Origin: Gammaproteobacteria bacterium
GTDB lineage: Bacteria > Pseudomonadota > Gammaproteobacteria > Ga0077536
Direction of reading: 5' to 3'
NCBI GenBank assembly: GCA_963662545.2
Contig: CAXXLL010000002.1
Coordinates: 608,001-672,000 of the forward strand
Length of the DNA stretch: 64,000 bases
Shown here: piece after piece, positions 30,216 to 40,311 of the stretch
How the letters are laid out: each line of letters begins with the position of its first letter
Position numbering within the stretch: the first letter of the stretch is position 1
Translations under genes and position numbers: made by a program
Notes under the pieces: model-generated
Seen by the model: only the letters and a program-made list of their open reading frames with translations
Told to the model about the DNA's origin: nothing
The model's database searches: none

Positions 30216-30837
30216 CCGGTTACCGCGGTGTGCCCTATCATCCGATGACGCAGGGCAAGATTGAGCGATGGCATCAGACGTTGAAGAATCGGATCTTGTT
30301 AGAGCACTACTATCTGCCCGGGGACCTCAGCGCACACATCGAGGCGTTCGTCGACCATTACAACCACCGGCGCTATCACGAAAGCCTGAAGAACCTGACG
30401 CCGGCGGATGTCTATTTCGACCATGCAGAATCCATCCTCAGACAACGGAAGACCATCAAACGGAGGACCATTGAACAACGACGATTGCAGCACGCCAGGG
30501 CGGCTGCTTAAACTAACATTAACGACGAGACCGAAGAGTCAGATGCTCCGTTAGCTACGAACGCAAGCTGTCTCAAGTATTCTGATGACGGACAGGTAAA
30601 CCAAGACCTTTTCTGTTCAGAATTGGAATTCGCTACCCACAGGCACCAAATTGCTCCTTGCATTGGTTGAGTCATTCAAGTCACTCAAACGATAGGAAGA
30701 CACACTCGGTCATCCTAACCGTCGAATGTACCGGTTGACCGATAGTATTGAGGAGAGTTACACCGAAAGTTATGGAATTGAAGCATTAAGCGACTTATTT
30801 TTAGAGTGGATTTGTTTAACTCATCTCGGAGACTGCA

Positions 30838-32040
30838 ATGACCGTTATCACGCCTCTTCAGAGCACCGACGAAATCCTGGACCGAGCCCGAGAGCTTGCT
30901 AGTCAATATGTGCTTGAGGCGGCCGAGCGAGATCGCGAGCGCCGCTTTCCGACTGAGGAAATGCAACAGTTCCGCACGAGCGGCCTACAGGCTCTGTTCG
31001 TTCCAAAAGATGAAGGCGGTTCGGGCGCGCGCTACAGCGACGCCGTTCGGGCGGTTCGGATCATGGCCGAGGGTGATCCGAATATTGCGCAGATGGCTTT
31101 TATTCACATTCACGGCGTTGAGCTATACAACCTCTCTATGCCCGCCGAACTAGTGTCTGTGCACAATAAGCGGGTCGTTGCAGGCGCGTTATTTTGGACG
31201 AACGCGTATTCGGAATTAGGCGGTAAGTCGACCTTTGATTATCGCGTTAAGATTGAGCGTGACGGCGAAGATTGGGTAATCAATGGTACTAAGTTCTATT
31301 CCACCGGAAGTCTCGCGGGCGATGAAGCCTATATCAACGGGGTTAACCCCGAGACCGGGGAGATTCTTCTTGCCTACGTGCCGATGGACGCTGAGGGCGT
31401 CACGATCCACGATGATTGGGCCGGGATGGGTCAGCGCACGACGGCAAGCGGAACCACGGACTTTAAGAACGTTCGTATCACGCCGGATCGCGTATCGCCC
31501 ACCGCCCTGGTAGAAACACTGAGCGGACCGGATAGCCTGATTCTCGGCGTGCTGCCACAAGCTTTTTTCGGTGCCTTCCTCCTTGGGATTGCCCGTAATG
31601 CGCTACTCGATGCTGCAAGTTACATAGCCAAACGCGCGCGACCATGGATCCATAGCGGGGTCGACCGTGCGGCCGATGATATCCTCGTACAACGACAAAT
31701 GGGTGAAATTGCAGCGCGAGTGGATGCAGCCGCGGCCTTGCAAGACGTTGCCTATGGCCTAATGGATGAAGCGCATGAGCATTTGACACCGGAAACACGG
31801 GGTCGCGCGGCTATCGCGATGCACAAATCGAAAATTATGGTGGTCGAGGCGGCGCTAAAGGCGGGTGAAGGATTGTTCCAAATGTGTGGTTCGGCATCGA
31901 CCTTGGACAAATTGAACCTTGGGCGTCATTGGCGAAATGCTCGAACGCTTTCGCTGCACGATGCAATGCATTACAAAGAGCAGCTTGTCGGTGACTACGT
32001 GATCAACGGGAATCTGCCCCCTGTTACTTTCTATACCTAG
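30838..32040 (+). CDS. acyl-CoA dehydrogenase-fold flavin monooxygenase (DszC/SfnB-like)
   Basis: AAERDRER, NGTKFYSTGS, DDWAGMGQRTTASGT and RHWRNARTLSLHD motifs. Confidence 0.88.
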   Translation: MTVITPLQSTDEILDRARELASQYVLEAAERDRERRFPTEEMQQFRTSGLQALFVPKDEGGSGARYSDAVRAVRIMAEGDPNIAQMAFIHIHGVELYNLSMPAELVSVHNKRVVAGALFWTNAYSELGGKSTFDYRVKIERDGEDWVINGTKFYSTGSLAGDEAYINGVNPETGEILLAYVPMDAEGVTIHDDWAGMGQRTTASGTTDFKNVRITPDRVSPTALVETLSGPDSLILGVLPQAFFGAFLLGIARNALLDAASYIAKRARPWIHSGVDRAADDILVQRQMGEIAARVDAAAALQDVAYGLMDEAHEHLTPETRGRAAIAMHKSKIMVVEAALKAGEGLFQMCGSASTLDKLNLGRHWRNARTLSLHDAMHYKEQLVGDYVINGNLPPVTFYT

Positions 32041-32107
32041 TACTTCTTGCCCTGGTCTTTCACCCGAATCTCATGGTTCAACACCAGTTCTTTTCCCATT
32101 TATAACC

Positions 32108-32136
32108 TTGACATACTTATACAGATTGCCTATACT
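32108..32136 (+). promoter_or_regulatory. sigma70-type promoter in the IS1595 left end
   Basis: TTGACA-17 bp-TATACT, followed by an AGGAG RBS and ATG at 32156. Confidence 0.8.
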
Positions 32137-32155
32137 GATACCAAGGAGATTGGAT

Positions 32156-33007
32156 ATGGCTACATTCTACGAATTTCAAAAACAGTTCCCGGACGACGAT
32201 GCGTGCTTGCATCAGATTATGCTGTCCCGCTACGGCGGCACACGTCTTGATTGCCCTAAGTGTCTGAAACCAAGCAAGTTTCACCGAATAAAAAAACAGC
32301 GTAATTATGTCTGCCAGTATTGCGGACATCATCTTTACCCCTGTGTTGGAACGCCCATGGAAAACACGCACCTCCCGCTGCACAAGTGGCTCTATGCGAT
32401 GTTCTTGTTCTCTGAGTCCCGCCATGGCGTCGCAGCCATGGAGCTTAAGCGGCAGTTGGGGATCCCTTACAAAACGGCGTGGCGCATGGCTCACGAGATC
32501 CGCAAGTATATGGCCGAAGTGGACGGCGAGATCCCGCTGAGCGGCACCGTAGAGGCGGACGAAACCTACGTCGGCGGCAAGGTTAAGGGCAAAGGACGGG
32601 GCTACACAGGCAATAAGACCATCGTGTTTGGGATGCTCGAACGGGGCGGCGACGTGATGACGAAGGTAGTCCCAAACGTGCGTAAGAAGACCCTGCAACC
32701 CATCATCAAGGCGAACGTCGAAGCGGGTAGCACCGTTCATACCGACGAGTTGAAGTCCTACACCGGACTCAATAAAGCCGGCTATGACCATGAGACGGTC
32801 AACCACGGCGCGGGCGAGTATGTAGACGGCGAGAGCCACGTCAACGGCATGGAAGGATACTGGGCGCGCCTCAAGCTTTCGATTCGCGGGACGCACGTCC
32901 ACGTTTCCGGGAAGCACCTTGAGAAGTACGCGAAGGAGTTTGAGTATCGTTACAATCGGCGCCGGAATCCTTCCGCGATTTTCGACGATCTGGTGGCGAA
33001 CCTCTAA
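32156..33007 (+). CDS. IS1595-family transposase
   Basis: CPKC..CQYC Zn ribbon; VEADETY, VHTDE, HVNGMEGYW and EFEYRYN motifs. Confidence 0.93.
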   Translation: MATFYEFQKQFPDDDACLHQIMLSRYGGTRLDCPKCLKPSKFHRIKKQRNYVCQYCGHHLYPCVGTPMENTHLPLHKWLYAMFLFSESRHGVAAMELKRQLGIPYKTAWRMAHEIRKYMAEVDGEIPLSGTVEADETYVGGKVKGKGRGYTGNKTIVFGMLERGGDVMTKVVPNVRKKTLQPIIKANVEAGSTVHTDELKSYTGLNKAGYDHETVNHGAGEYVDGESHVNGMEGYWARLKLSIRGTHVHVSGKHLEKYAKEFEYRYNRRRNPSAIFDDLVANL

Positions 33008-33086
33008 CCACCATTCCCTCGAACAGCGCATCGAAACGTGGCGATAAAATTTTCCTCATCACAGACCCTCCGTTTAGTAGGCGCCC

Positions 33087-33714
33087 TTACTGGTCAATCC
33101 ATTCAACCATCTTGAGACCATCTTTTTTATTGGAGTGGAAAAACACCTTTTTTTTGAAGGTAAGGACATGATCTAGGCGACTGGGCCTTCCATACTTCAA
33201 CCTGCATTCGATTAGTCCTTCGTGACCACCTTCCTCAAGACTTGGTATTTTAATAGCGTGATCATCGAACCAACCTTGCCCTCGTGCAGCGATTGTTATT
33301 TCTTCTGTTTGATATTCTTTCCTTGGCGGGTACTCACCCATAAACTGAGTCTTTAAATCTTCCTTTGAATTGAATCGGAAATATAGCCGCGCTTTCTAGT
33401 CCGAATCCAAGCCGTACGGCAACCAAGCGCTTATCATCGCCGACTATCCTAGTGACCCGAATGTCGCGGAACACGAGCTTATGCAATGCACTATTTCTAT
33501 AGCGCCATTCATCAAATCGCAAAAGCCCAGTGGTGGCTCCCGCAAACGCTAAAATAACCCCGACGGTCCAATAAAATAGCGGAACCTCCTGAAGCCAACC
33601 CATCACACCAGCTCCAACGGTGAGTGCGCCGGGCCAGACATAAACCCGCACCGTTTCTCGCATAGCTTCTCCTGCGATAAAGCGCCACACTCGAGTAAGC
33701 ACAGAGTTCTGCAT
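33087..33714 (-). CDS. IS1595 passenger: hypothetical membrane protein (two overlapping ORFs, 33334-33714 and 33087-33341, possibly one frameshifted gene)
   Basis: Low-GC ORFs inside the IS1595 IRs; two hydrophobic segments in the first ORF. Confidence 0.55.
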
Positions 33715-33722
33715 CGACGCGC

Positions 33723-33751
33723 AGTATAATGCGCTCCGTTACGTATGTAAA
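33723..33751 (-). promoter_or_regulatory. inward-facing sigma70-type promoter in the IS1595 right end
   Basis: Minus strand reads TTTACA-17 bp-TATACT upstream of the passenger ORF. Confidence 0.65.
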
Positions 33752-33808
33752 GGTTATAAACGCGGTTCTTTTGGTACTGACAAGTTAGACTCGCTGCATG
33801 GAGGTTCA

Positions 33809-34432
33809 TTAGAAGCGCTTGACACAACAACTGACACACGCCGCGTGGTCCGGGTCCACATCAAGCGTTACGATGCCGCGTTTGTGAATGACCTCGCGAA
33901 GTTCAAGGTCTACCCAGCTTTTGAAGACTTCGAAACCGCGCTCCCGATAACTTTCAACTGCTTGTCCACCCATGAACGACATCACGGCGCGGTGTGAAGG
34001 GCTGGCTTTCGCGATGATGCCCGCAAATCCACGCGTGCGTGCCCAGCGCAACAGGAAGTCCAACATCTTGAGACCAATGCCCTGGCCTTGATAACGCGCG
34101 TCCCGATCTTCGGTGTCTTCCAGTTGGCCGATGTGATAGCAAAATAGTGCCAGAATATTCGATGGCAGATCAGGCGCATCGTCGCCGAAATCCCCCCAGT
34201 ACCGCGGATCCCATAGGCCATTCGGCGAACGCAGCGCACGGCAATAAGGTCGGAACTGCAATTGGGCAACGTGCTGTTCCCCGTCGAAAGCTAATACAGC
34301 GCTTGAACCGACCTCGCGTATTCGGGCTGCGAGGGCTGATGCGTCGCCCTGGCATCTTATAGGGACCCGTGTAATGTCCGCCAAAGTCATTAACCGGTAG
34401 CGAATTTCCTCGACCTTCAATTTCGGCTCCAT
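33809..34432 (-). CDS. GNAT-family N-acetyltransferase-like protein
   Basis: RYQGQGIG acetyl-CoA motif; YRERGF. Confidence 0.7.
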   Translation of the reverse strand: MEPKLKVEEIRYRLMTLADITRVPIRCQGDASALAARIREVGSSAVLAFDGEQHVAQLQFRPYCRALRSPNGLWDPRYWGDFGDDAPDLPSNILALFCYHIGQLEDTEDRDARYQGQGIGLKMLDFLLRWARTRGFAGIIAKASPSHRAVMSFMGGQAVESYRERGFEVFKSWVDLELREVIHKRGIVTLDVDPDHAACVSCCVKRF

Positions 34433-34446
34433 AGCCTGGCGATATC

Positions 34447-34464
34447 TATGTCAATGACCTATTC
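34447..34464. promoter_or_regulatory. candidate TetR operator
   Basis: TATGTCAATGACCTATTC, the exact reverse complement of 38327-38344. Confidence 0.7.
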
Positions 34465-34571
34465 TATGTTTATAGATCATTTTGGCAATACCGCGCTTGC
34501 TGCAACATTCAACAGGCAGCTCACGCTGAAGCCTGTGTCTCATCCGCTCGGGCCGGCCTGGAGGAAAAAAT

Positions 34572-36038
34572 ATGCAGATTGAATATCCGCGCAGCTTTTG
34601 GCTCGACGAGGCGCTGGCCGCCGACGATTCCGATCCTTCTCCGGAGCTTGATACCGATATCCGCGCTGACGTGTGCATCGTCGGGGGCGGATACACCGGG
34701 CTTTGGACGGCGCTGCGGCTCAAAGAAGCGGAACCGTCTATCGACGTCGTCTTGATCGAAAAAGACCTGTGTGCATCCGGCGCGAGTGGGCGCAATGCGG
34801 GTTACCTGTTGTCGATGTGGGCCAAGTATCTGTCGCTCGAAAAAGTCTGTGGCGAGAGTGAAGCGCTGCGTATGGCCGAGGCCTCGGACGGAGCTGTTTC
34901 CAAGGTTATGCAGTTCTGCACCGATAACGACATCGACGCCGATGTGCGCTGTGACGGCTGGTTGTGGGTAGCAACGAACGCGGCCCAGCAGGGTTTGTGG
35001 AACCAAACGATCGACGCTATCGGTCGTCATGGTCTCTCGCCTATCGTCGAATGGTCCGGCGATGAAGCGGCTGCACGCACCGGTTCGAATATCCACACCG
35101 GCGGTGCTTTCGAACGTCACGCGGCGCGTGTTCAGCCGGCGCTGTTGGGCAGAGGGCTGCGGCGCGTCGCGCTCGAACGGGGGGTTAGGATTTATGAACA
35201 CACGCCGCTGGGATCCCTGCTCCACGGGAACCCGGCTGTCTTGCGGACGCCGAAGGGTAAGGTCACGGCGGATCGCGTCGTGCTCGCGATGAATGCCTGG
35301 GCCTCGCGTTGGGCCGAGGTGCGCAAGGCCATCGTTGTCGTCACGGGCGATATGTTCGTTACGCCGCCGATTCCGGATAGGCTCGAGCAGATCGGTTGGA
35401 GCGACGGCCTGACAGCATCGGACGGGCGCGCCCTCATTCAATACTACCGGACCACGCGCGATGGACGCCTTGCTTACGGCAAGGGCGGCATGTCCGGGAC
35501 GTTTTCTTTTGGTGGCAGAGTCGGCGCCGAAGTCGAAGGTGCGTCGATGTACGAGGACTTACTGGTCGATGCCATGCATACGACGTTCCCGGATCTGGCC
35601 GATGTTGGCATGGCCAAGAGCTGGCGCGGCCCGATCGACCGTTCGAAAAGCGGCTTACCGCTGTTTTGGCATCTGGGCGCGCTGAAGAACGTCTTTTATG
35701 CGGTCGGATTTTCCGGTAACGGGATCGGCCCGTGTCATTTAGCGGGACGGATCCTGACCTCACTCGCGCTAGAGCGGCAGGACGAATGGTCAAAATGTCC
35801 TTTAGTCCGCGGCCCCACACGAGATTTTCCACCGGAGCCGTTTCGTTTAATCGGTTCAAAACTGATCCGCCACGCCCTCATCGCAAAAGACCGCGCCGAC
35901 GACGAGGGCCGCGAGCCGCCGCTCGCCGCGCGCCTGGCCGTGCGGCTCGCTCCGGCTGGCGTGTCACCGTTCAAGGCAGCCGATAAAGAAACACCTGAAT
36001 CAGGTGGAACGGCGACACCGGCTCCGGCGGGTCGATAG
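34572..36038 (+). CDS. FAD-dependent oxidoreductase (DAO/PuuB-like)
   Basis: IVGGGYTG, GASGRNAG, VQPALL and GFSGNGIG motifs. Confidence 0.9.
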   Translation: MQIEYPRSFWLDEALAADDSDPSPELDTDIRADVCIVGGGYTGLWTALRLKEAEPSIDVVLIEKDLCASGASGRNAGYLLSMWAKYLSLEKVCGESEALRMAEASDGAVSKVMQFCTDNDIDADVRCDGWLWVATNAAQQGLWNQTIDAIGRHGLSPIVEWSGDEAAARTGSNIHTGGAFERHAARVQPALLGRGLRRVALERGVRIYEHTPLGSLLHGNPAVLRTPKGKVTADRVVLAMNAWASRWAEVRKAIVVVTGDMFVTPPIPDRLEQIGWSDGLTASDGRALIQYYRTTRDGRLAYGKGGMSGTFSFGGRVGAEVEGASMYEDLLVDAMHTTFPDLADVGMAKSWRGPIDRSKSGLPLFWHLGALKNVFYAVGFSGNGIGPCHLAGRILTSLALERQDEWSKCPLVRGPTRDFPPEPFRLIGSKLIRHALIAKDRADDEGREPPLAARLAVRLAPAGVSPFKAADKETPESGGTATPAPAGR

Positions 36039-36053
36039 GGCGGAAGTGGCGGT

Positions 36054-36689
36054 CTACTTTCTGAAATCAATGGCCATGCGCATTTCCATCGGCACGCCAT
36101 GTCGCAGGGGCACGGGAGCGGTCGTCTCGACGAGGCAGTCAAAGCCCAGCGAACGGTAGAATGCGACCGCGGGGTTATCCGACAGGACATCGAGGTGCAA
36201 CGCGCGTAGACCCGCCTGCGTAGCTTTGTCGATCGCGTTCTGCACCAGTTTCGCGCCGATGCCTTTTCCGCGCTGTGATTCCTTAACCGCCAGCGCGTGA
36301 ATGTAGTAAACCCTCGAAGGAATGGCCGCATTCAGGTAACTGCACTGATACGTGCGATCGGCAATAAGCGAGAGTTTTTCAGCAGAGACCTCGCCCGCTT
36401 CGATCAATGCGGGCCACAAGGGCGCCAAGGCTTTTTTCCGTTGCTCGAACTCGGGTGCATGAAAGCCTACTTCGATGCCGAGTAGTTCGTCGTCATCGAG
36501 CGCAAGCGTTGTGCCGTCATAGGCAAACAATGTGCCGGGCGTACGCCATGAGGCATTCACAATTTGATCGAACAATTCGCGCCCATCGAATTGGTAATCG
36601 TAGGTCACCGGCCCGGTGACATGCATCAAATCCGCAAATTCGTCTGCATATCGCGTCGTGTGCGCCTCGGTAGCCTGGACTATTTCCAT
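36054..36689 (-). CDS. GNAT-family N-acetyltransferase
   Basis: LAVKESQRGKGIG and NPAVAFYRSLGF motifs. Confidence 0.88.
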   Translation of the reverse strand: MEIVQATEAHTTRYADEFADLMHVTGPVTYDYQFDGRELFDQIVNASWRTPGTLFAYDGTTLALDDDELLGIEVGFHAPEFEQRKKALAPLWPALIEAGEVSAEKLSLIADRTYQCSYLNAAIPSRVYYIHALAVKESQRGKGIGAKLVQNAIDKATQAGLRALHLDVLSDNPAVAFYRSLGFDCLVETTAPVPLRHGVPMEMRMAIDFRK

Positions 36690-36735
36690 ACCTGCTACCT
36701 AAGGAACCTCTGAATAAATCATGGTGCGGTGTTCA

Positions 36736-37707
36736 TTACCCGCTTGCTTCATCCACGGCTTCGAGCACCCGCGCGAATGCTTCGATGCTTTCGCTGGTGG
36801 TCGGCTCAAGACAAATTTGCAGATGCGCGATCCCCTCGCGTTGATATTCGAGCAGCACCTTTGCGATCTCCTCGGGCGCGCCTGCTAGCGGCACCAGCGG
36901 ACCTTCTTCCACCCAATTTTCAGTTGGCAACTTATCCCACCAGGGGTCGGCATTGGCATCGGCGACTAATGCTGTCACGGTGCGTTCGAGGGTGGTCGGG
37001 TCACGGCCTTCGTTCGTGCAGGCTTCATCAACAATCGGGCGCAGACGCCGGATACCGTCGACCTTATTGTGCGTGTCATCGTAGTAAGCGTTCCAAAGGT
37101 CGGCGTACTTTGCCATGCAAGCCATCATGCGTGGCTGCACCGTCCCCATTAGAATGGGTGGCCCCTGGGGGCGTGGCCCGCGGGGTTTAAGTTCGCATTC
37201 GCGGGCAAAATGATATTTCCCTTCGAAGTCGACCTCGCCATTGCGCAACAGCCCGTGCAGGATCTGGATCGCTTCCTCAAACCGGCTGACTTTATAGTTG
37301 AAGGGAAACCCGAAGGCGTCGTATTCGTGTTTGTGATATCCCGAACCAAGGCCGAGAATCAAACGGCCATCGCTAATCTCTTCGACGGTGTCTGCCATCT
37401 TGGCGAGCAACGCGGGGTTACGCCATCCCATCGCCAAGACCAGCGTCCCGAGCTCCACTCGGTTCGTCACAGCGGCGATCGCAGATAGTAAGGACCACAC
37501 CTCCCATACACCGCGCGCGTCGTCTTCACCGTCGAGCTTATAAAGCAGATGATCGACCAACCACAGCGAGTCGAAACCGACGTCCTCGGCGACGCGCGCC
37601 ATGTCGCTGACTGCGCGCCAACCGCGCACGCCAGGCCCACGCATACCTTCGGCTTGCGGCAGCAACAAACCGATCTTCAGACTTCGAGAACCACTTGCCG
37701 CTGTCAT
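36736..37707 (-). CDS. LLM-class flavin-dependent oxidoreductase
   Basis: GFDSLWLVDH, RNPALLAKMA and GRLILGLGSG motifs. Confidence 0.9.
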   Translation of the reverse strand: MTAASGSRSLKIGLLLPQAEGMRGPGVRGWRAVSDMARVAEDVGFDSLWLVDHLLYKLDGEDDARGVWEVWSLLSAIAAVTNRVELGTLVLAMGWRNPALLAKMADTVEEISDGRLILGLGSGYHKHEYDAFGFPFNYKVSRFEEAIQILHGLLRNGEVDFEGKYHFARECELKPRGPRPQGPPILMGTVQPRMMACMAKYADLWNAYYDDTHNKVDGIRRLRPIVDEACTNEGRDPTTLERTVTALVADANADPWWDKLPTENWVEEGPLVPLAGAPEEIAKVLLEYQREGIAHLQICLEPTTSESIEAFARVLEAVDEASG

Positions 37708-37720
37708 TGAACTTCGCCTT

Positions 37721-38317
37721 TCAACGCTCAGCGATCGCGACCGCCGTCTGTCCGATTTTTCGACACCAGGACTGCCAGCTTCCTTTCTTACGCGAGTGCG
37801 GTCCGGCATGCGCCTGGAGCGCCGCACCGTCGATTATGGCGGTAATCAGCCGTGCCTTCTCGCTGAGTGCCGCGGTACTGCCGGAGACGCCAAAACGACG
37901 CATTGCATCCACTAAAATGTCGAAGTGCCGTTTATAAATCTCTTCGGACAACTGCCGGAAACGACGGTTGTGCAGGTGTAGCAAGGTCAAGACCGGCCAG
38001 ATATTACCGCCGATGCCGGTGTACTCCTGCAGCAGTAAATCCGAAAGCTGATCGACATAGTCTTTGAGACTGGTAGCGTTTTCGCTCAGCGAACGTATCG
38101 TCGCGAGGTTGTGTTCGAACTCCGCGCGGATGACGGCTTCGAGCAGATCGCCCCGGGTCGGAAAGTAGTACTGCAGGTTGCCAAGCTGCATGTCCGTCCG
38201 TTTCGCTATCTCGCGCATGACGAAACCTTCGAGGCCTTGGGTGGCAAGAGTGTCCCTTGCGGTCTCCAGGATCCGCGTGCGGCTGGCTTCGCCGCGTTTC
38301 ATCGCTAGTTCGCTCAT
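37721..38317 (-). CDS. TetR/AcrR-family regulator
   Basis: RILETA...MREIAKRTDMQLGNLQYYF HTH. Confidence 0.9.
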   Translation of the reverse strand: MSELAMKRGEASRTRILETARDTLATQGLEGFVMREIAKRTDMQLGNLQYYFPTRGDLLEAVIRAEFEHNLATIRSLSENATSLKDYVDQLSDLLLQEYTGIGGNIWPVLTLLHLHNRRFRQLSEEIYKRHFDILVDAMRRFGVSGSTAALSEKARLITAIIDGAALQAHAGPHSRKKGSWQSWCRKIGQTAVAIAER

Positions 38318-38326
38318 AGCGGCCAA

Positions 38327-38344
38327 GAATAGGTCATTGACATA
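38327..38344. promoter_or_regulatory. candidate TetR operator overlapping a TTGACA -35 box
   Basis: GAATAGGTCATTGACATA, near-palindromic, in the divergent tetR/hydantoinase gap. Confidence 0.7.
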
Positions 38345-38401
38345 ATAATACAAGCGCGTTTAGATAGTGACGCTACGTTAAACCCCACGGAGGAGTTCGC
38401 G

Positions 38402-40309
38402 ATGGCCACTGTAATCCAAGACGATACAGTAAGAGATTTCGATCCAATCACGTTCAGTGTCATTCGTAACCGTTTCGAGGCCATCGGTCAGGAAATGACC
38501 CTCGCGATGGAGCAAACGGCATGGACCTCGGTGATCGCCCTGGCCCGCGACTACTCCTGCATGCTTTACGACGCTCACCCGGACGGCCCGCGGCAGATCA
38601 CGATGGCCGAATGTATACCGATCCACTGCAACAGCATTCGCGAATTGTTAATCGAGATCGTTCGTGTTTTCGAAGGCGACATCCATGACGGCGACATCTA
38701 CATGGCGAACGATCCCTATCGGGGCAACACCCACATTCCGGATCTCGTCACGGCGCAGCCGGTATTCGTGGAGGGCAAGCATGTGTTCTGGACGGTGGCG
38801 CGCGGACATCAGCTCGACTGCGGGGCTGCCGAGGCGTCGAGCATCGTTCCCGCAGCGCGCTCTGTCTTTCAGGAAGGTATCGTGATCCCGCCGATTAAAC
38901 TCGTCGACCGCGGGAATGAACGGCACGACATCGTCGAGCTGTACCTCGCGAACGTTCGCTACCGCGACGCCTTGCACGGCGACCTGCGAGCGCAGCTCGG
39001 CGCGTGTGGCGTAGCGCGTAAGGGGCTCATAGCACTTTGCGCGCAATACGGCCGCGATGAGGTGATGCGCTATAGCGACGGGCTGATGGACTACGCCGAT
39101 CATCGGGCGACCGAAGAGTTTCGCCGTATCCCTGACGGCGTTTTCGAGGGCCTGACCTGGACCGATACCGACGGCAATGGTGCGGTGGACATTCCGATCA
39201 AAGTCACGATCACCAAAAACGGCGCCGATATTCACGTCCATTACGATGGCGGTCCGCCCTCGACCGGCTCGTTCAACGCGACCTACGCGGTGATGATGGC
39301 GACGTCCACAATCCCGTTTCTGTATTACATCGATTCGGACATTCCGCACAATCACGGCGTTCTCCAGCACATCACGGCCGACGCGGTAGAAGGCACGATC
39401 TGCATGGCCAAATGGCCGGCAGCCGTCGGTGGTGCGACGACGAACCCGGCTGATCCCATGCACGAAGTGATCAACATCGCGATGGCCGAGGCCATCCCCG
39501 AACGCGTACCGGCCGGCTCATGCCATGCGGGACACATGCCGAATTTCAACGGTATCGACAAACGAAATGACAAGGAGTGGGGCTGCATGCTGTTCAACGG
39601 CATGGGCGGTTCGGGTGGTGCAAAGGACGCGGACGGCTGGCCGATGATCGGGACGATTGCGGGCATGGGAGGATTGACGTCCGCCTCTATCGAAGAAGTT
39701 GAACTGCTCTATCCGCTGCACATCGATTTCAACGAGATCGAAACGGATTCCATGGGCATGGGCCAGTGGATCGGGGGGGCTGGGCTGCGCACGCGCTTTC
39801 GGCCCATTGCCGGCGATATGGAGGCGGTCTCATTCGGAGAAGGCTCGAAGAATCCTCCTCACGGGGTAAATGGCGGGACCAGGAGTGCGGGCGGTGGCAT
39901 CTACGTTGAACATGAAGACGGCGCCCGTACCTTCACCTCCGTGGCTGGCCAAACACTGGTCCGCGAAGGTGAGTCATGGACTGGCTATTCGTCCGGCGGC
40001 GGCGGCTGGGGCAATCCCGTTGACCGCGATGCAGAATTAGTCCGCCGTAATCTTCGTGATGGGTGGATCGGCGAAGAGTCCGCGCGCGCTATTTTTGGTG
40101 TGGTATTAAACGACGACTTCGAAAGAACGCTCGATACCTCAGCGACGGAAAAGCTACGCACCGAGCTTCGTGCTTTCAAGCGTCCGATGGTGGATCCCAT
40201 CGAGCCGGCTGCCGGCAAGTGGATAGAGCAAAACATGCGCCCCGGCGATCGATTTATCGAAGCGCCGACGATTGCGGAACACTTTAGCGATTCGGGCGCC
40301 GAGTCGTAG
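38402..40309 (+). CDS. hydantoinase B / oxoprolinase family subunit
   Basis: DPITFSVI, NDPYRGNTHIPD, FQEG and GGGGWGNP motifs. Confidence 0.92.
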   Translation: MATVIQDDTVRDFDPITFSVIRNRFEAIGQEMTLAMEQTAWTSVIALARDYSCMLYDAHPDGPRQITMAECIPIHCNSIRELLIEIVRVFEGDIHDGDIYMANDPYRGNTHIPDLVTAQPVFVEGKHVFWTVARGHQLDCGAAEASSIVPAARSVFQEGIVIPPIKLVDRGNERHDIVELYLANVRYRDALHGDLRAQLGACGVARKGLIALCAQYGRDEVMRYSDGLMDYADHRATEEFRRIPDGVFEGLTWTDTDGNGAVDIPIKVTITKNGADIHVHYDGGPPSTGSFNATYAVMMATSTIPFLYYIDSDIPHNHGVLQHITADAVEGTICMAKWPAAVGGATTNPADPMHEVINIAMAEAIPERVPAGSCHAGHMPNFNGIDKRNDKEWGCMLFNGMGGSGGAKDADGWPMIGTIAGMGGLTSASIEEVELLYPLHIDFNEIETDSMGMGQWIGGAGLRTRFRPIAGDMEAVSFGEGSKNPPHGVNGGTRSAGGGIYVEHEDGARTFTSVAGQTLVREGESWTGYSSGGGGWGNPVDRDAELVRRNLRDGWIGEESARAIFGVVLNDDFERTLDTSATEKLRTELRAFKRPMVDPIEPAAGKWIEQNMRPGDRFIEAPTIAEHFSDSGAES

Positions 40310-40311
40310 CG

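Larger units (their letters stand above)
27869..30223 (+). mobile_element. IS66-family element
   Basis: IRs GTAACCGGTCAA / TTGACCGGTTAC; 8-bp TSD CGCGGTGT; three ORFs. Confidence 0.95.
27168..30511 (+). pseudogene. DDE (rve) transposase orfB split by IS66
   Basis: WQTDFTY, LSDNGSSY...VRG | VPYHPMTQGKIERWH. Confidence 0.88.
26712..30594 (+). mobile_element. IS3/IS481-like element carrying a nested IS66
   Basis: IRs TGTCCCCCGTCAGCAATCATGAGACA / TGTCTCAAGTATTCTGATGACGGACA; orfA + orfB layout. Confidence 0.85.
32095..33764 (+). mobile_element. IS1595-family element with passenger gene(s)
   Basis: IRs CCCATTTATAACCTTGACATAC / GTATGTAAAGGTTATAAACGCG; 8-bp TSD GTTCTTTT. Confidence 0.9.

Noticed and set aside
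32117-33031. Long antisense or alternate-frame ORFs (this one, 34521-35441, 38648-39463, 59360-60253 and others)
   Set aside because: They are shadows of well-supported genes in GC-rich DNA and have no recognisable motifs.
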